DNA from: Octopus vulgaris
Lineage: Eukaryota
Assembly: GCA_951406725.2 (NCBI GenBank)
Contig: OX597824.1
Coordinates: 76,012,001 to 76,076,000, forward strand
Direction: 5' to 3'
DNA length: 64,000 bases
A program made the translations under genes and the position numbers. A model generated the notes under the pieces. It saw only the letters and a program-made list of their open reading frames with translations. It had not been told where the DNA came from and did no database searches. Shown here piece after piece: positions 52,000-64,000 of the stretch; the stretch's first letter is position 1, and the number at the start of each line of letters is the position of its first letter.

Positions 52000-52189
52000 T
52001 CTCGGCTCCTAATCAATTCAACCTTGTTTAGTCACTATACACTAGTTTAAGTGTACTTCGTTACAATCACAGTGAAGAAACCAAAACTACTAAAATGCAG
52101 TTGGACTGGCCAAGGTTTATTCTACGTAGAAATTGGTGTTAAATGTCAATCGACGGAGCGGATATCAACTGGGTATTTTTGAATAGTTG

Positions 52190-54795
52190 TGTAGTGATCC
52201 TATACAGCGGCGCGCGCTCGCGCACCGTCCATTTGTATTTCGCGCGTGCGGGGTTGGTGCTTTCACCACCGGAAGAAGAACCCTTTTGCCTACGTAGCAG
52301 TTAGCCGAGGCAAGGGGATCGTCGTAGACGTTGACCACCAGCGTCCAGCAAGCAGCGACTTGAGACAGCAGCGACTGAAGGCGACGGTCACGTATATTTT
52401 TTCTCCGTCCGAACTTGATTCTAGCAGCACCTTACCAAAAGGCCTTTAACCAAATTGTTGCAGACCACATCTTCTCCCTGTTCCGGACGCCATCTTTGAC
52501 CAGTGTCGTTTTGCATTTGAACACTTTCTTATTTTACAGCGATAAGGTTCAGCACTGACACATTTATACCAAAGGGATACCAGATAACCACTTATTGTTA
52601 CTGTTACCACATTAGAGAATAAAGTAGTATATATATATTTTACGTTTGCGTCTTGTTTGTTTCTGACGGGTAGAATTCTGGATTATTAAAGCAACGGAAA
52701 ATGATTGCTTTCTTGTACCCCAAAAGGTCCAGAGAAGATATTCGCACACACAAGTTCGTTTCACTGGTGACCCCGACGTGATTCTGGTCTAAAACCAGAG
52801 ATCACTGAACAACAAAAAAAATCCAGTTTTTCTGCGAAGTCGGAACACGATTAACTCTACGCATTCATCTTTCGACGATTTGTTTCCGTCCTCTCGGACC
52901 GTTATAGAAGGAACCCTTTTCTTATTCTTCAACAATGATGACGGACGCCATCATATCATCGATGCCTTTTCTCTACCGTCGTCATCGTCGTCTTAGAACT
53001 TCACGTCGTCGTTATCTTCGTCGCCATCAACATTAAGAACAATGTTGTCTCAAGTCCACTACAGTCGCCTTCCACCACCACCGTCGCCTTTCAACACCGT
53101 CGACCAAGATGTACATAGCAACTCGCGGAACTTTAGCTTTCACGCTGTTCGTGCATAGCGCGCCAAGAATTAACAGCCCAGCACTATCTACGAGATTCTT
53201 CTGTTCCAGTTAACCTGTCACAGCATTGAAGCCACAACCGTTACACGATATGTGTCCAATCGGCATCTGCATTTGTGATCTCAACATTCTGTTACAGAAC
53301 GAACTGCTATTGTGCATCAGGCTATTACAGACTGGTAAACTAACTCCATTGTCTGAAATAGCCTTGAGAGACATTTTTTTCTATGCGCTGTATTTATTTT
53401 TTTTGCTCGCATTTCACCTTGTATGTATTTTTGTCGCACACACGTACACACACATAAATGCTATCTCTCACATACATACGTCACACATGCTTTTCTCGCT
53501 TGTTTTTTCCATGCTAAATTTGCCTTTTGTGGACACACCTCATTTCTATAGACCCTAGGGGTCACGTATACATAGAGAGGGTTGTTTGTCCATTATAACG
53601 CGCCGGCATGCCATACTTTTGTTCCTGTACGAACGAGGCATATAATCGCTCAACCACTGGCATATTCATTGCTGTTTTTCGGTCTGGCAAGCTCTATTGC
53701 ATTTCATGCGCCTTTGCTTCGCACGTGTATTGCCTTGTTTTTGCAACACGTTTACGTTAGCTTAATTCTTCTCCCTGTTAGACCCCTGTTGGTCACGTAA
53801 TTAACAGAGAAAATTATCTGTGTCGCGCATCACACCAGCATGCTTGCATTTTTGCTTTTGTGTTACTAGCGATCTATCTGTCGATTCCATTTCCTCTCCT
53901 GCAGCAATTGACTTAACTGCTATTTCGCAGGATCAACTACCTTTAGAGAAGTTGGATTTAATTTCGCCTAGGTTCATTAACTGTGAGTTTGCTTTCCTCC
54001 CGCTCCCTACAGCGGAAGGCTCTATACTTTGTGACGTATCCACTTTCATGCATGCACTTTTGAATTTTGCTCATTTTGAGCATTTTTTCCTTTAGTAAAT
54101 TTCTTGTGTATGATGTAAATTTTGCCATTTTATTATATTGTGTGCTATTTGGTTATCTGGTATCTACCTTGAGTTTTATAGTCACTACAGGGAATTTTGT
54201 GTCGTGCTTAGGCACTGGGGTGGAGCTCTGTAGTGATCCTATACAGCGGCGCGCGCTCGCGCACCGTCCATTTGTATTTCGCGCGTGCGAGGTTGGTGCT
54301 TTCACCACCGGAAGAAGAACCCTTTTGCCTACGTAGCAGTTAGCCGAGGCAAGGGGATCGTAAGACGTTGACCACCAGCGTCCAGCAAGCAGCGACTTGA
54401 GACAGCAGCGACTGAAGGCGACGGTCACGTATATTTTTTCTCCGTCCGAACTTGATTCTAGCAGCACCTTACCAAAAGGCCTTTAACCAAATTGTTGCAG
54501 ACCACATCTTCTCCCTGTTCCGGACGCCATCTTTGACCAGTGTCGTTTTGCATTTGAACACTTTCTTATTTTACAGCGATAAGGTTCAGCACTGACACAT
54601 TTATACCAAAGGGATACCAGATAACCACTTATTGTTACTGTTACCACATTAGAGAATAAAGTAGTATATATATCTTTTACGTCTGCGTCTTGTTGTTTCT
54701 GACTGGTAGAATTCTGGATTATTAAAGCAACGGCTAGTGATTTCCTCTTGTACCCCGAAAGTACAAGAGAAGATATATTCACTAAGTTCGTTTCA
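52190..54795 (+). mobile_element. Complete non-autonomous Gypsy-type LTR retrotransposon (CsRn1/Kabuki-like features)
   Basis: LTRs 52190-52763 and 54229-54795 (TG...CA), TSD GTTG, PBS TGGTGACCCCGACGTGAT, purine-rich tract GGGGTGGAG before 3' LTR, decayed gag-like and pol-like (IDLTAISQDQ...ILCDVST) remnants. Confidence 0.93.
52765..52782 (+). promoter_or_regulatory. Primer-binding site complementary to tRNA-Trp 3' end
   Basis: TGGTGACCCCGACGTGAT is the reverse complement of ATCACGTCGGGGTCACCA, the 3' end of eukaryotic tRNA-Trp; 1 nt after the 5' LTR. Confidence 0.92.
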
Positions 54796-55101
54796 GTTGC
54801 AACTGGCTAATCAGAAAGCTTTTCAATAACTTCACTTTAGAGTCTACCAAAAATACTAATTCGACTGCATAATGTACGAATGTGTACGTGGCAGCAAGCA
54901 TATGTGTGTAGTCTTTGCATGTGGCTCAGAGAGAAAAAGCATGTGTGTGTGTGTGTGTGTGTGCGTGCGTGTGTGTGTGTGTGTGCGTGTGTGTGTGTGT
55001 GTGTAAGAAAGAAAGAGATAGAGATAGATAGATAGGTAGATAGGTAGATAGATAGATAAATAGAGAGAGAACTAACCTTTCAGCTTGTGATTGCTCAACC
55101 A

Positions 55102-55908
55102 ATTTCTCTACTACCCACAAGGGGCTAAACACAGAGAGGACAAACAAGGACAGACATAGGTATTAAGTCGATTACATCGACTCCAGTGCGTAACTGGTAC
55201 TTATTTAATCGACCCTGAAAGGATGAAAGGCAAAGTCGACCTCGGCGGAATTTGAACTCAGAACGTAACGGCAGACGAAATACCTATTTCTATTTCTTTA
55301 TTACCCACAAGGGGCTAAACACAGAGGGGACAAACAAGGACAGTCATAGGTATTAAGTCGATTATATCGACCCCAGTGCGTAACTGGTACTTAATTTATC
55401 GACCCCGAAAGGATAAAAGGCAAAGTCGACCTCGGCGGAATTTGAACTCAGAATGTAACGGCAGACGAAATACCTATTTCTATTTCTTTATTATCCACAA
55501 GGGGCTAAACACAGAGGGGACAAACAAGGACAGACAAAGGGATTAAGTCGATTAAATCGACTCCAGTGCGTAACTGGTACTTATTTAATCGACCCCGAAA
55601 GGATGAAAGGCAAAGTCGACCTCGGCGGAATTTGAACTTAGAACGTAACAGCAGACGAAATACCTATTTCTATTTCTTTATTACCCACAAGGGGCTAAAC
55701 ACAGAGGGGACAAACAGGGACAGACAAAGGGATTAAGTCGATTACATCGACTCCAGTGCGTAACTGGTACTTATTTAATCGACCCTGAAAGGATGAAAGG
55801 CAAAGTCGACCTCGGCGGAATTTGAACTCAGAACGTAACGGCAGACGAAATACCGCTAAGCATTTCGCCCGGCGTGCTAACGGTTCAGCCAGCTCGCCGC
55901 CTTAGTGA
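55102..55908 (-). mobile_element. SINE B tetramer (one head, four 190-bp bodies) inside one 14-bp TSD
   Basis: TGATTGCTCAACCA at 55088-55101 and 55909-55922; units at about 55102, 55292, 55482, 55672. Confidence 0.92.
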
Positions 55909-56159
55909 TGATTGCTCAACCAGCTTGCGTCTCCGTCCCCACTCCTCTCTCTTTCTGAGCCAATACATTGGAAACACACATTTGCGTGCTGCTATGATAT
56001 ATATTTGCATTTGCACGTTATGATAGATACGCAAACACACCGACACATACACGCTGTCACAAACATTCCACGGACGTTGTTCGATGCCCCGTGTCATGCT
56101 CCGCCTTGTTTCGTGTTTGTGCCAACAACTAAATTGTTATGTTGTCTTGCGAATATTTT

Positions 56160-56800
56160 GTTGCAAACTTCAGTTCTCTACAAAACCAAATGGGCGGACA
56201 CTCGTTATTATTCTTTGATCTTGGTAACAACTTTATTGGTATCGATCCCTCATAATCGATTTATTCAACTGAACAGGAATAAAGCATATTTGTTGATTTA
56301 AACATATGCAGTCTACATTTTACTTCATCCAAGCTTCTGTAAACTCCACCTTCATCATTTCCTGTTAAACTTCGAACCGAACTTCCTCCTTTATTATCAA
56401 AGCGAGATATTTATTATCTCTAGATTTGGTATTTTTAGTTCTAGACAGGCACATATTTCCAAACATATTTCTCCACTTATAGTAACAGAACTAATACCAA
56501 TCTATTAAAAAAATACCCAGTTCAAAATTTCTCGAAAGAAAACTTCCAGCTTTGATCTCTCTTTCTGACCTATGCTCCGTGACAAATTGAACCGGTATTA
56601 TCTATATACATTTTTCATGAACCTCAAACTATCACAACACTGTTCTATATACAAAGAACCTTGATTACTCACAATGCAAACTTCAACCAACACCAAAATG
56701 TGACTTGAATATAATACAATTGCTACACGAACCTCTATAGAAATTTTCTCTTTTACAAATATACCTGATTGAAACCAATAACAAACTTACTTTATCAAAC
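56160..56800 (+). pseudogene. Possible very old Penelope-like RT C-terminal relic
   Basis: LYKTKWADTRYY and SIPHNRFIQLNR resemble PLE YRKPT...Y and SIPYSQFLRLRR motifs; the rest is unrecognisable. Confidence 0.3.
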
Positions 56801-57032
56801 CAGAAAAACTGTCTTCACTACATCTTCCTCTTCATTCACAGCATACAAATATACACGTTCTTTCGGTCCTTTTCCTTCCACATATTCCTATACATCCATT
56901 TGCATTACTCCACATATAAAGATAGAAAGATTTAAGTAAAGCACGGTCTGATGATGAGTAAAAAACTGCACTTTAAAAAAAATCTCTATGAATATTTTCT
57001 TTGTGTATATTATATACATACATACATACATG

Positions 57033-57093
<61 letters not shown>

Positions 57094-57259
57094 ACAAAAT
57101 AATAAATAAAACATAATATAAAGAAAACAAATTTAACATGTCTAAATGAAATATTACACCTGTTTTATGTTTTTTTAATCTTTCTAAAAAGATTACAACA
57201 ATTGTTTTAGTGTCATTGTACATTTCAGCCATTTTTGTTTATATTTATGAATATGAATA

Positions 57260-57670
<411 letters not shown>

Positions 57671-57911
57671 CATGTATCCCTGTGTTTTATAGTTCGTATA
57701 CGTGTGTGTTTGGAAGTATAGATTTACATTAAAAACATTATAACTCAATACAGATTTTCAACTTAACGTGTTGTTTCTTTAATACGATTTGATTTTATGA
57801 AATTTAAAATAAAAAATAAAAAAATAAAAGCATTTCCCTCTCCCCGCATCTCCCCTATCTCATACAGTTTTGACTTTTGATTTATCTTTACGTCGAAAGA
57901 CCGTTTATATT

Positions 57912-57938
57912 ACAACAGCAGCAACAACAACAACAACA

Positions 57939-57995
<57 letters not shown>

Positions 57996-58005
57996 GTTGC
58001 TGCTG

Positions 58006-58043
<38 letters not shown>

Positions 58044-58056
58044 GCTGCTGCTACTG

Positions 58057-58134
<78 letters not shown>

Positions 58135-58146
58135 TTACTACTACTC
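57912..58146. repeat. (CAA)/(CTA)/(CTG) trinucleotide array
   Basis: Directly visible. Confidence 0.97.
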
Positions 58147-58291
58147 AAGTTATTACAATCCATGAAACACAAGGAAGCAGTTTTTATAAGGGACGGTCAT
58201 AAATCGTTTTGAACATTGTAAATTGGAATCGTTATTAAAGAAATACATAAGACACAGACACACACATGAAGAGAAAATGTTTATGTCAGTG

Positions 58292-58872
<581 letters not shown>

Positions 58873-59898
58873 ACTAATCTTTCTCTTTCTCTCCTCCTCT
58901 TCCTCCCCCTCTTTTATACATGGGGAGAGAGAGAGAGAGAAAAGAGAAAGAGAGAGAGAGAGAGAGAGAAAAAGGAAGAAGAAGAGAGAAAAAAAATAAG
59001 CCGGCGTTTACAAAATTCTACAACAGATATCGATGAAAAGTCAAGGGGAAAAATCGATTATTAGAATACAGACACTTTGACAAGTCATTTTCTATTTTTA
59101 GACCATTATCGATTTTAGAGAAACAGTATTCTTGTGTTCACTTTTTATATATATATTTTACTTTATACATTTATACAATTTCATTATAGACTCCTGAACC
59201 GGTACCAAAAATGTAGAGGTCAGACAGACTTGATGGTAGGTAAGTATAGATGGAACAGCCAGCGATGTTGACCTTTTTTTTCCTCGAACAGCAGTTATCT
59301 CTCGTGCCAATCAAGAAATTACGAGCAGCCACTATCCATTAACCGTTCGCACACAACAGAATAGCCACTGAGTTATAGAATGTGTTTCTTCTAGAGCCGA
59401 GTGCTTAGAAAAAGGTCAACGTTAGAGCATTGCAGTTAGCCGAGCAAGGTGATCGATCTCTCCCACACCCAGAATGTTTTCTGTTAGTGTTTTTTGGTTG
59501 CGAGAAATGAGATTGCTACAGTAACGCCTTCGGGTCACGCACAATTTTTTTTCTTGTTCAATCTGAATTTTTCATTAAAAATTGGTTGGTCATTCGTATT
59601 AACGTTTACATTGCAGTTAGTTGGGCAGAATGATCTCTCGTTTTCCTTCTTGGTTGCAAAAAAATACGACTGCTGCAGCAACGTCTTTGGGTCACACACA
59701 ATTTTTCTCACTTCTTTGGAAATTTTTCATTCAAGTTGGTTGGTCATTCGTAAAAAAATATGGTTCGTTGCTTTTAATTTTACGATCCATAAACTAATAA
59801 GAATTAATCATTTAATTAATTAGGATTGTTAAAAGAAGCTGTATGTATTTAGCAGATGTGTGTATTTATGTACGTATGTATTTATGACATATGTATGT

Positions 59899-59960
<62 letters not shown>

Positions 59961-60000
59961 TTCTGTTTGAATGTTTGCATGTATGTACGTATGTATGTGT

Positions 60001-60045
<45 letters not shown>

Positions 60046-61067
60046 GAATGTCTATATGTATCTATGGACGTATTCATATACGTATGATTTATATATGTAC
60101 CTATATATGATGTATGTATGTATATATGATGTACACATGTATGTATGAACGTACATATGATGTTTGTATGTATGCATGATGTATGTATGTGTGCATATAT
60201 GTATGTATATATGTATGCAAGTATGTATTTATAAATAATAGAAATCATCATCGACGTCCTATTCCCTTTTCCACCTCCTCCTCTCCTCCTCCTCCTCCTT
60301 CTCCTTATCATCATCATCATCATCATCGTCGCTGTCATCGTCGTTATCGACGTCGTTGTCGTCGCCGTCGTCGAGATCATCATGATAATCATTGATTTGT
60401 AAAATAAGTCTAGCGTTATGTATTATTTTGTATTGTTTTATGAAGCTTTTGATGAAGTCTTTGTCTATTACAGAGGTAGTATGCATTCAAACAATCTCGT
60501 ACAATCATGTGTATTTTGTGCATTTTTCCAGATAAGTTAAATAAAAATATACTACAAAATCACCAATATTAAAAACCTTCAAATAAATAAGAGACAAAAA
60601 ACTTGTAGACTCGAGAGCTATACCAATGCGATTGCAAATATGAAAGTTGTAAACTTCACGACTTCAACTATTGTATAGGTCATAAAAACACGGAATTCTC
60701 TCTTCGGTTCATTATGCAATTATGACAAAGAGCAAATGCACTGACTGCGCACAACAAAACGAAAATAAATAGGAAAACTTTAGCATACATCTATATTATT
60801 ATACAGAATATTCTATCCAAAGTTACAATTAACACGGGGTGCATGACTCACAGCATAACACAATATTAGAATAAACACGCCGGACAAAATGCTTGGTGGA
60901 ATTTTGTTCATATTTACGTTCTGAGTTTAGATTCAAGCGTGGTCAAATTTACCTTTCATCCCTTCGGAGTCATAAAATAAATACCAGTTGAGTACTGGGG
61001 GTCGATGTAGTTAACTATTTTTCGCCCCAAGACTTTAGACTCTTTGGATATAGTAGAAAGGAATATC

Positions 61068-61302
61068 TATTTCTTTACTACCCACAAGGGGCTAAACACA
61101 GAGGGGACAAACAAGGACAGACAAACGGATTAAGTCTATTACATCGACCCCAGTGCGTAACTGGTACTTAATTTATCGACCCCGAAAGGATGAAAGGCAA
61201 AGTCGACCTCGGCGGAATTTGAACCCAGAACGTAACGGCAGACGAAATACGGCTACGCATTTCGCTCGGCATTCTAACGTTTCTGCTAGCTCGCCGCCTT
61301 AT
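61068..61302 (-). mobile_element. SINE family B with 12-bp TSD
   Basis: GAAAGGAATATC at 61056-61067 and 61303-61314. Confidence 0.92.
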
Positions 61303-61927
61303 GAAAGGAATATCATTGCATATCACATCGACTCTTCCTTACCAAAAAAAAAAAAAAAAAAGAAAAGCCAAAACACACATATACACAAGCACATACAAAC
61401 ACATGTACACGCATACACGAACATTAGATGATCCTGACGATGAGGCTAGGAAAGTCTAGAAACAATAATAACGGATATAGATGTAGAAGTTTTACTGTCC
61501 AACCAAACTGCATAATGGATTAAGGAAACTTACTGCATGGAATTCACACAAACTGTGTGGAATTCACACAAATTTATTGAGGAAAAAAAAACATCCTCAA
61601 AGATAATACATTTATGAAAGCACATATTGAAAGTTAATAGAATGAAAAATTGGTCGGTGAAAGCAATTGTACAATATAGGTGAGGTGTTAACTTGGTTTG
61701 ATGATTGGAAAATATGAATAGTTCGATACAAATTACTTGAAACGTACATTTTGGTGCGGTGTTCCATACTGATCGATGTACATTTTAGATTAATTGCTAT
61801 TGCTTCAATCGTGTTTGTATGTATGTATGTATGTATGTATGTGCAAAATACATACATACCTGCATACATACATACATGTATATAAATGTATGTATATATA
61901 TATATATATTTATGTGTGTTGTACATA

Positions 61928-61992
<65 letters not shown>

Positions 61993-62307
61993 TTATATAG
62001 ATGTGTATTGTGAGGGGGCGAATATTTATAAGAGAATGGGAGAGGTGTTGTGTGTCTGCCGTTGCGATTGTCAATATAGTGACAAGGAAAGACCGAATGG
62101 CGATGACAGGTATAAATCAATTATGTATATGAATATGAATATATATATATATATACACACACGCACACATATATACACACATATATACATATACATATGT
62201 GTAAATATATGTATATAAATGTATATATATATGCATATATATACATATATATATATATATACATACATATATATATATGTATATATATGTTTATAAATGT
62301 ATATATA

Positions 62308-62351
<44 letters not shown>

Positions 62352-62581
62352 TACGTATATATACAGTAAAAAACACACCGAAGCTTATATATGTTAATAT
62401 ACCTACATGTAACCCCTCCCCACACACATACACCGATTTATATACTATTATCTGTCATTCGGTTTTGTCACTATATGGACAATCGTATCGGCTGAGATAT
62501 CATTCTTTCCCGCTCTCAAATGTCCCTATACCCGATCTCCAATATTCACAGTATGATGTACTTTCGTTTCTCTTAACTCTT

Positions 62582-62801
62582 CAGACACGTTAGCGCCCCG
62601 GGCGAAGTGCTTAGCGGTATTTCGTCTGCCGCTACGTTCTGAGTTCAAATTCAGCCGAGGTCGACTTTGCCTTTCATCCTTTCGGGGTCGATTAAATAAG
62701 TACCAGTTTCGCACTGGGGTCGATGTAATCGACTTAATACGTTTGTCTGTGTCCTTGTTTGTCCCCTCTATGTTTAGCCCCTTGTGGGTAGTAAAGAAAT
62801 A
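62582..62801 (+). mobile_element. SINE family B
   Basis: Matches 46600-46830. Confidence 0.9.
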
Positions 62802-63112
62802 GCTATTCATCCTTCCGGTCTTCACCTCCACTTCGAACTTTTCTTGGACTATTCTACTTGGAGATTCTTCACCTGGACTTTCTTCTACTCTCCTACAACT
62901 AGGCTACTACTTTTTGGCTGCACCTCTCCTACCCATGTATTACACTGGACTCTTCCTTTAATGAGAAATCGCTCCAGTACACTACGACGTTTGAACCTTT
63001 TGAGCTTTTCTAAACTATTTTGTACTTTCTGCCTTTTCCTGTTGTCGTTTCTCATTAGATTGCTAGCAATTATACCCTTTTCTATTTTCTCTCCATGTTT
63101 ATTTTTGTGTTC

Positions 63113-63148
63113 CTTTCTGTCGAAGAGCGTAGGCTCGAAACGTAAAAG
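63113..63148 (+). ncRNA. Hammerhead-like motif (non-canonical core) in a probable Penelope terminal fragment
   Basis: CTTT-CTGTCGA-A-GAGC(GTAG)GCTC-GAA-ACGT-A-AAAG: stems I and II and palindromic stem III present, core departs from CUGANGA. Confidence 0.45.
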
Positions 63149-63341
63149 ACTTTCTCACTTTCCGAGCGTTATGCTAATACATCTGTTTGTTGTTTACACA
63201 CCAGGTCTTCGTCTTTTGTTTTTTTTTTGTAAATTCTCAAATTTGTGTGTGTGTATGTATGTATGTATGTATGTATGTATGTATGTATGTATGTATGTAT
63301 GTATGTATGTATGTATGCATGCATGCATGCATGTATGTATA

Positions 63342-64000
63342 CAGGGTGCGGTGAATAAACTGTCGTCTAAATTACGCAAAAATGAAAATAACACTGACAT
63401 CTCTTTTTCACATATATTTACCAAATTTGCATAAAAATATCTTGAAACACTAGTGAGTAAATTTATTCAATAAAATCGCCATTGGCTTCAACTACCGCCT
63501 CCAGACGACTTCGGATTCTCCTGCAACACTTCTGGATTGTCTCCTTGTTTAAGTTGGTGAATGCTGCCATAATCCTTGCCTTCAGTTCACCTTTGGTGTT
63601 ACAAGAAGTTTGTAGGTCTCTCACATTCAACTGTGCCCCACACATAATCAAGGGGTTTGCAGTCTAGGGAGTTAGGTGGCCAGATGTTAGGGGTGATGTG
63701 GTCGCAGAAGTTTTGTAGGTCTCTCACATTCAACTGTGCCCCACACATAATCAAGGGGTTTGCAGTCTAGGGAGTTAGGTGGCCAGATATTAGGGGTGAT
63801 GTGGTCGCAGAAATTGCTTGAGAGCCATGCTTGTGTGACATGGTGTAGAGTCCTGTTGACGGACATAGGGTCTTCCAGCAGCCATCTTCTTCATCTAGGG
63901 CAGCATTACCTCCTCCAGGCATTTGATGTAGGCCTCCGTGTTGAGTGTGAGGCCGCGTGGGTTGAATAATGGAAGCATAATGTCGCTGTCACTAGCGATC
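63342..64000 (-). mobile_element. Tc1/mariner (DD37D/maT-like) transposon, 3' part, pseudogenised, runs off the window
   Basis: TA + CAGGGTG terminus; minus strand reads LNTEAYIKCLEEVMLP*...YVRQQDSTPCH...WPPNSLDCKPLDYVWG...RSRLEAVVEANGDFIE*; about 102-bp internal tandem duplication 63604-63808. Confidence 0.9.

Noticed and set aside
52246-54782. ORFs within the LTRs and interior treated as genes
   Set aside because: Short, no intact gag/pol domains; LTR ORFs are incidental.
57870-58212. Poly-Thr/Ala, poly-Leu and poly-Ser ORFs (mucin-like)
   Set aside because: Trinucleotide microsatellite open in several frames; no exon evidence.
62784-63434. 216-aa ORF
   Set aside because: Spans a SINE tail, a repeat fragment, a microsatellite and a mariner end; composite and without a recognisable domain.

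Overview
AT-rich, microsatellite- and SINE-saturated animal genomic DNA. The repeat families look like those of Octopus; this is an inference and the species cannot be fixed from the sequence. The only host gene I can support is the 3' part of a TIF1-family (TRIM24/TRIM33/bonus-like) gene on the + strand. Its five coding exons (5802-6292, 9508-9634, 11321-11395, 17592-17744, 20199-20393) splice in frame into a Gln-rich linker, PHD finger, bromodomain and stop. The rest is mobile DNA: several tRNA-derived SINE families, RTE LINE 3' ends, TTAA/piggyBac-type MITEs, an internally deleted piggyBac, a hAT-like MITE, Penelope-like relics with hammerhead-ribozyme motifs, a complete non-autonomous Gypsy-type LTR element (tRNA-Trp PBS, 4-bp TSD) and a Tc1/mariner end. 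Most notable observations: (i) a SINE that seems to carry its own preferred target site and builds head+n-body multimers and a 13-kb same-orientation array; (ii) a near-canonical hammerhead with palindromic stem III at 33750-33801; (iii) long hairpins and inverted SINE pairs that would be ADAR/Dicer substrates; (iv) LTR divergence confined to the U5 end; (v) candidate alternative splicing that would remodel the bromodomain; (vi) a CpG-decay boundary near 46 kb hinting at a very long transcription unit. All alignments were made by eye and repeat boundaries are approximate.
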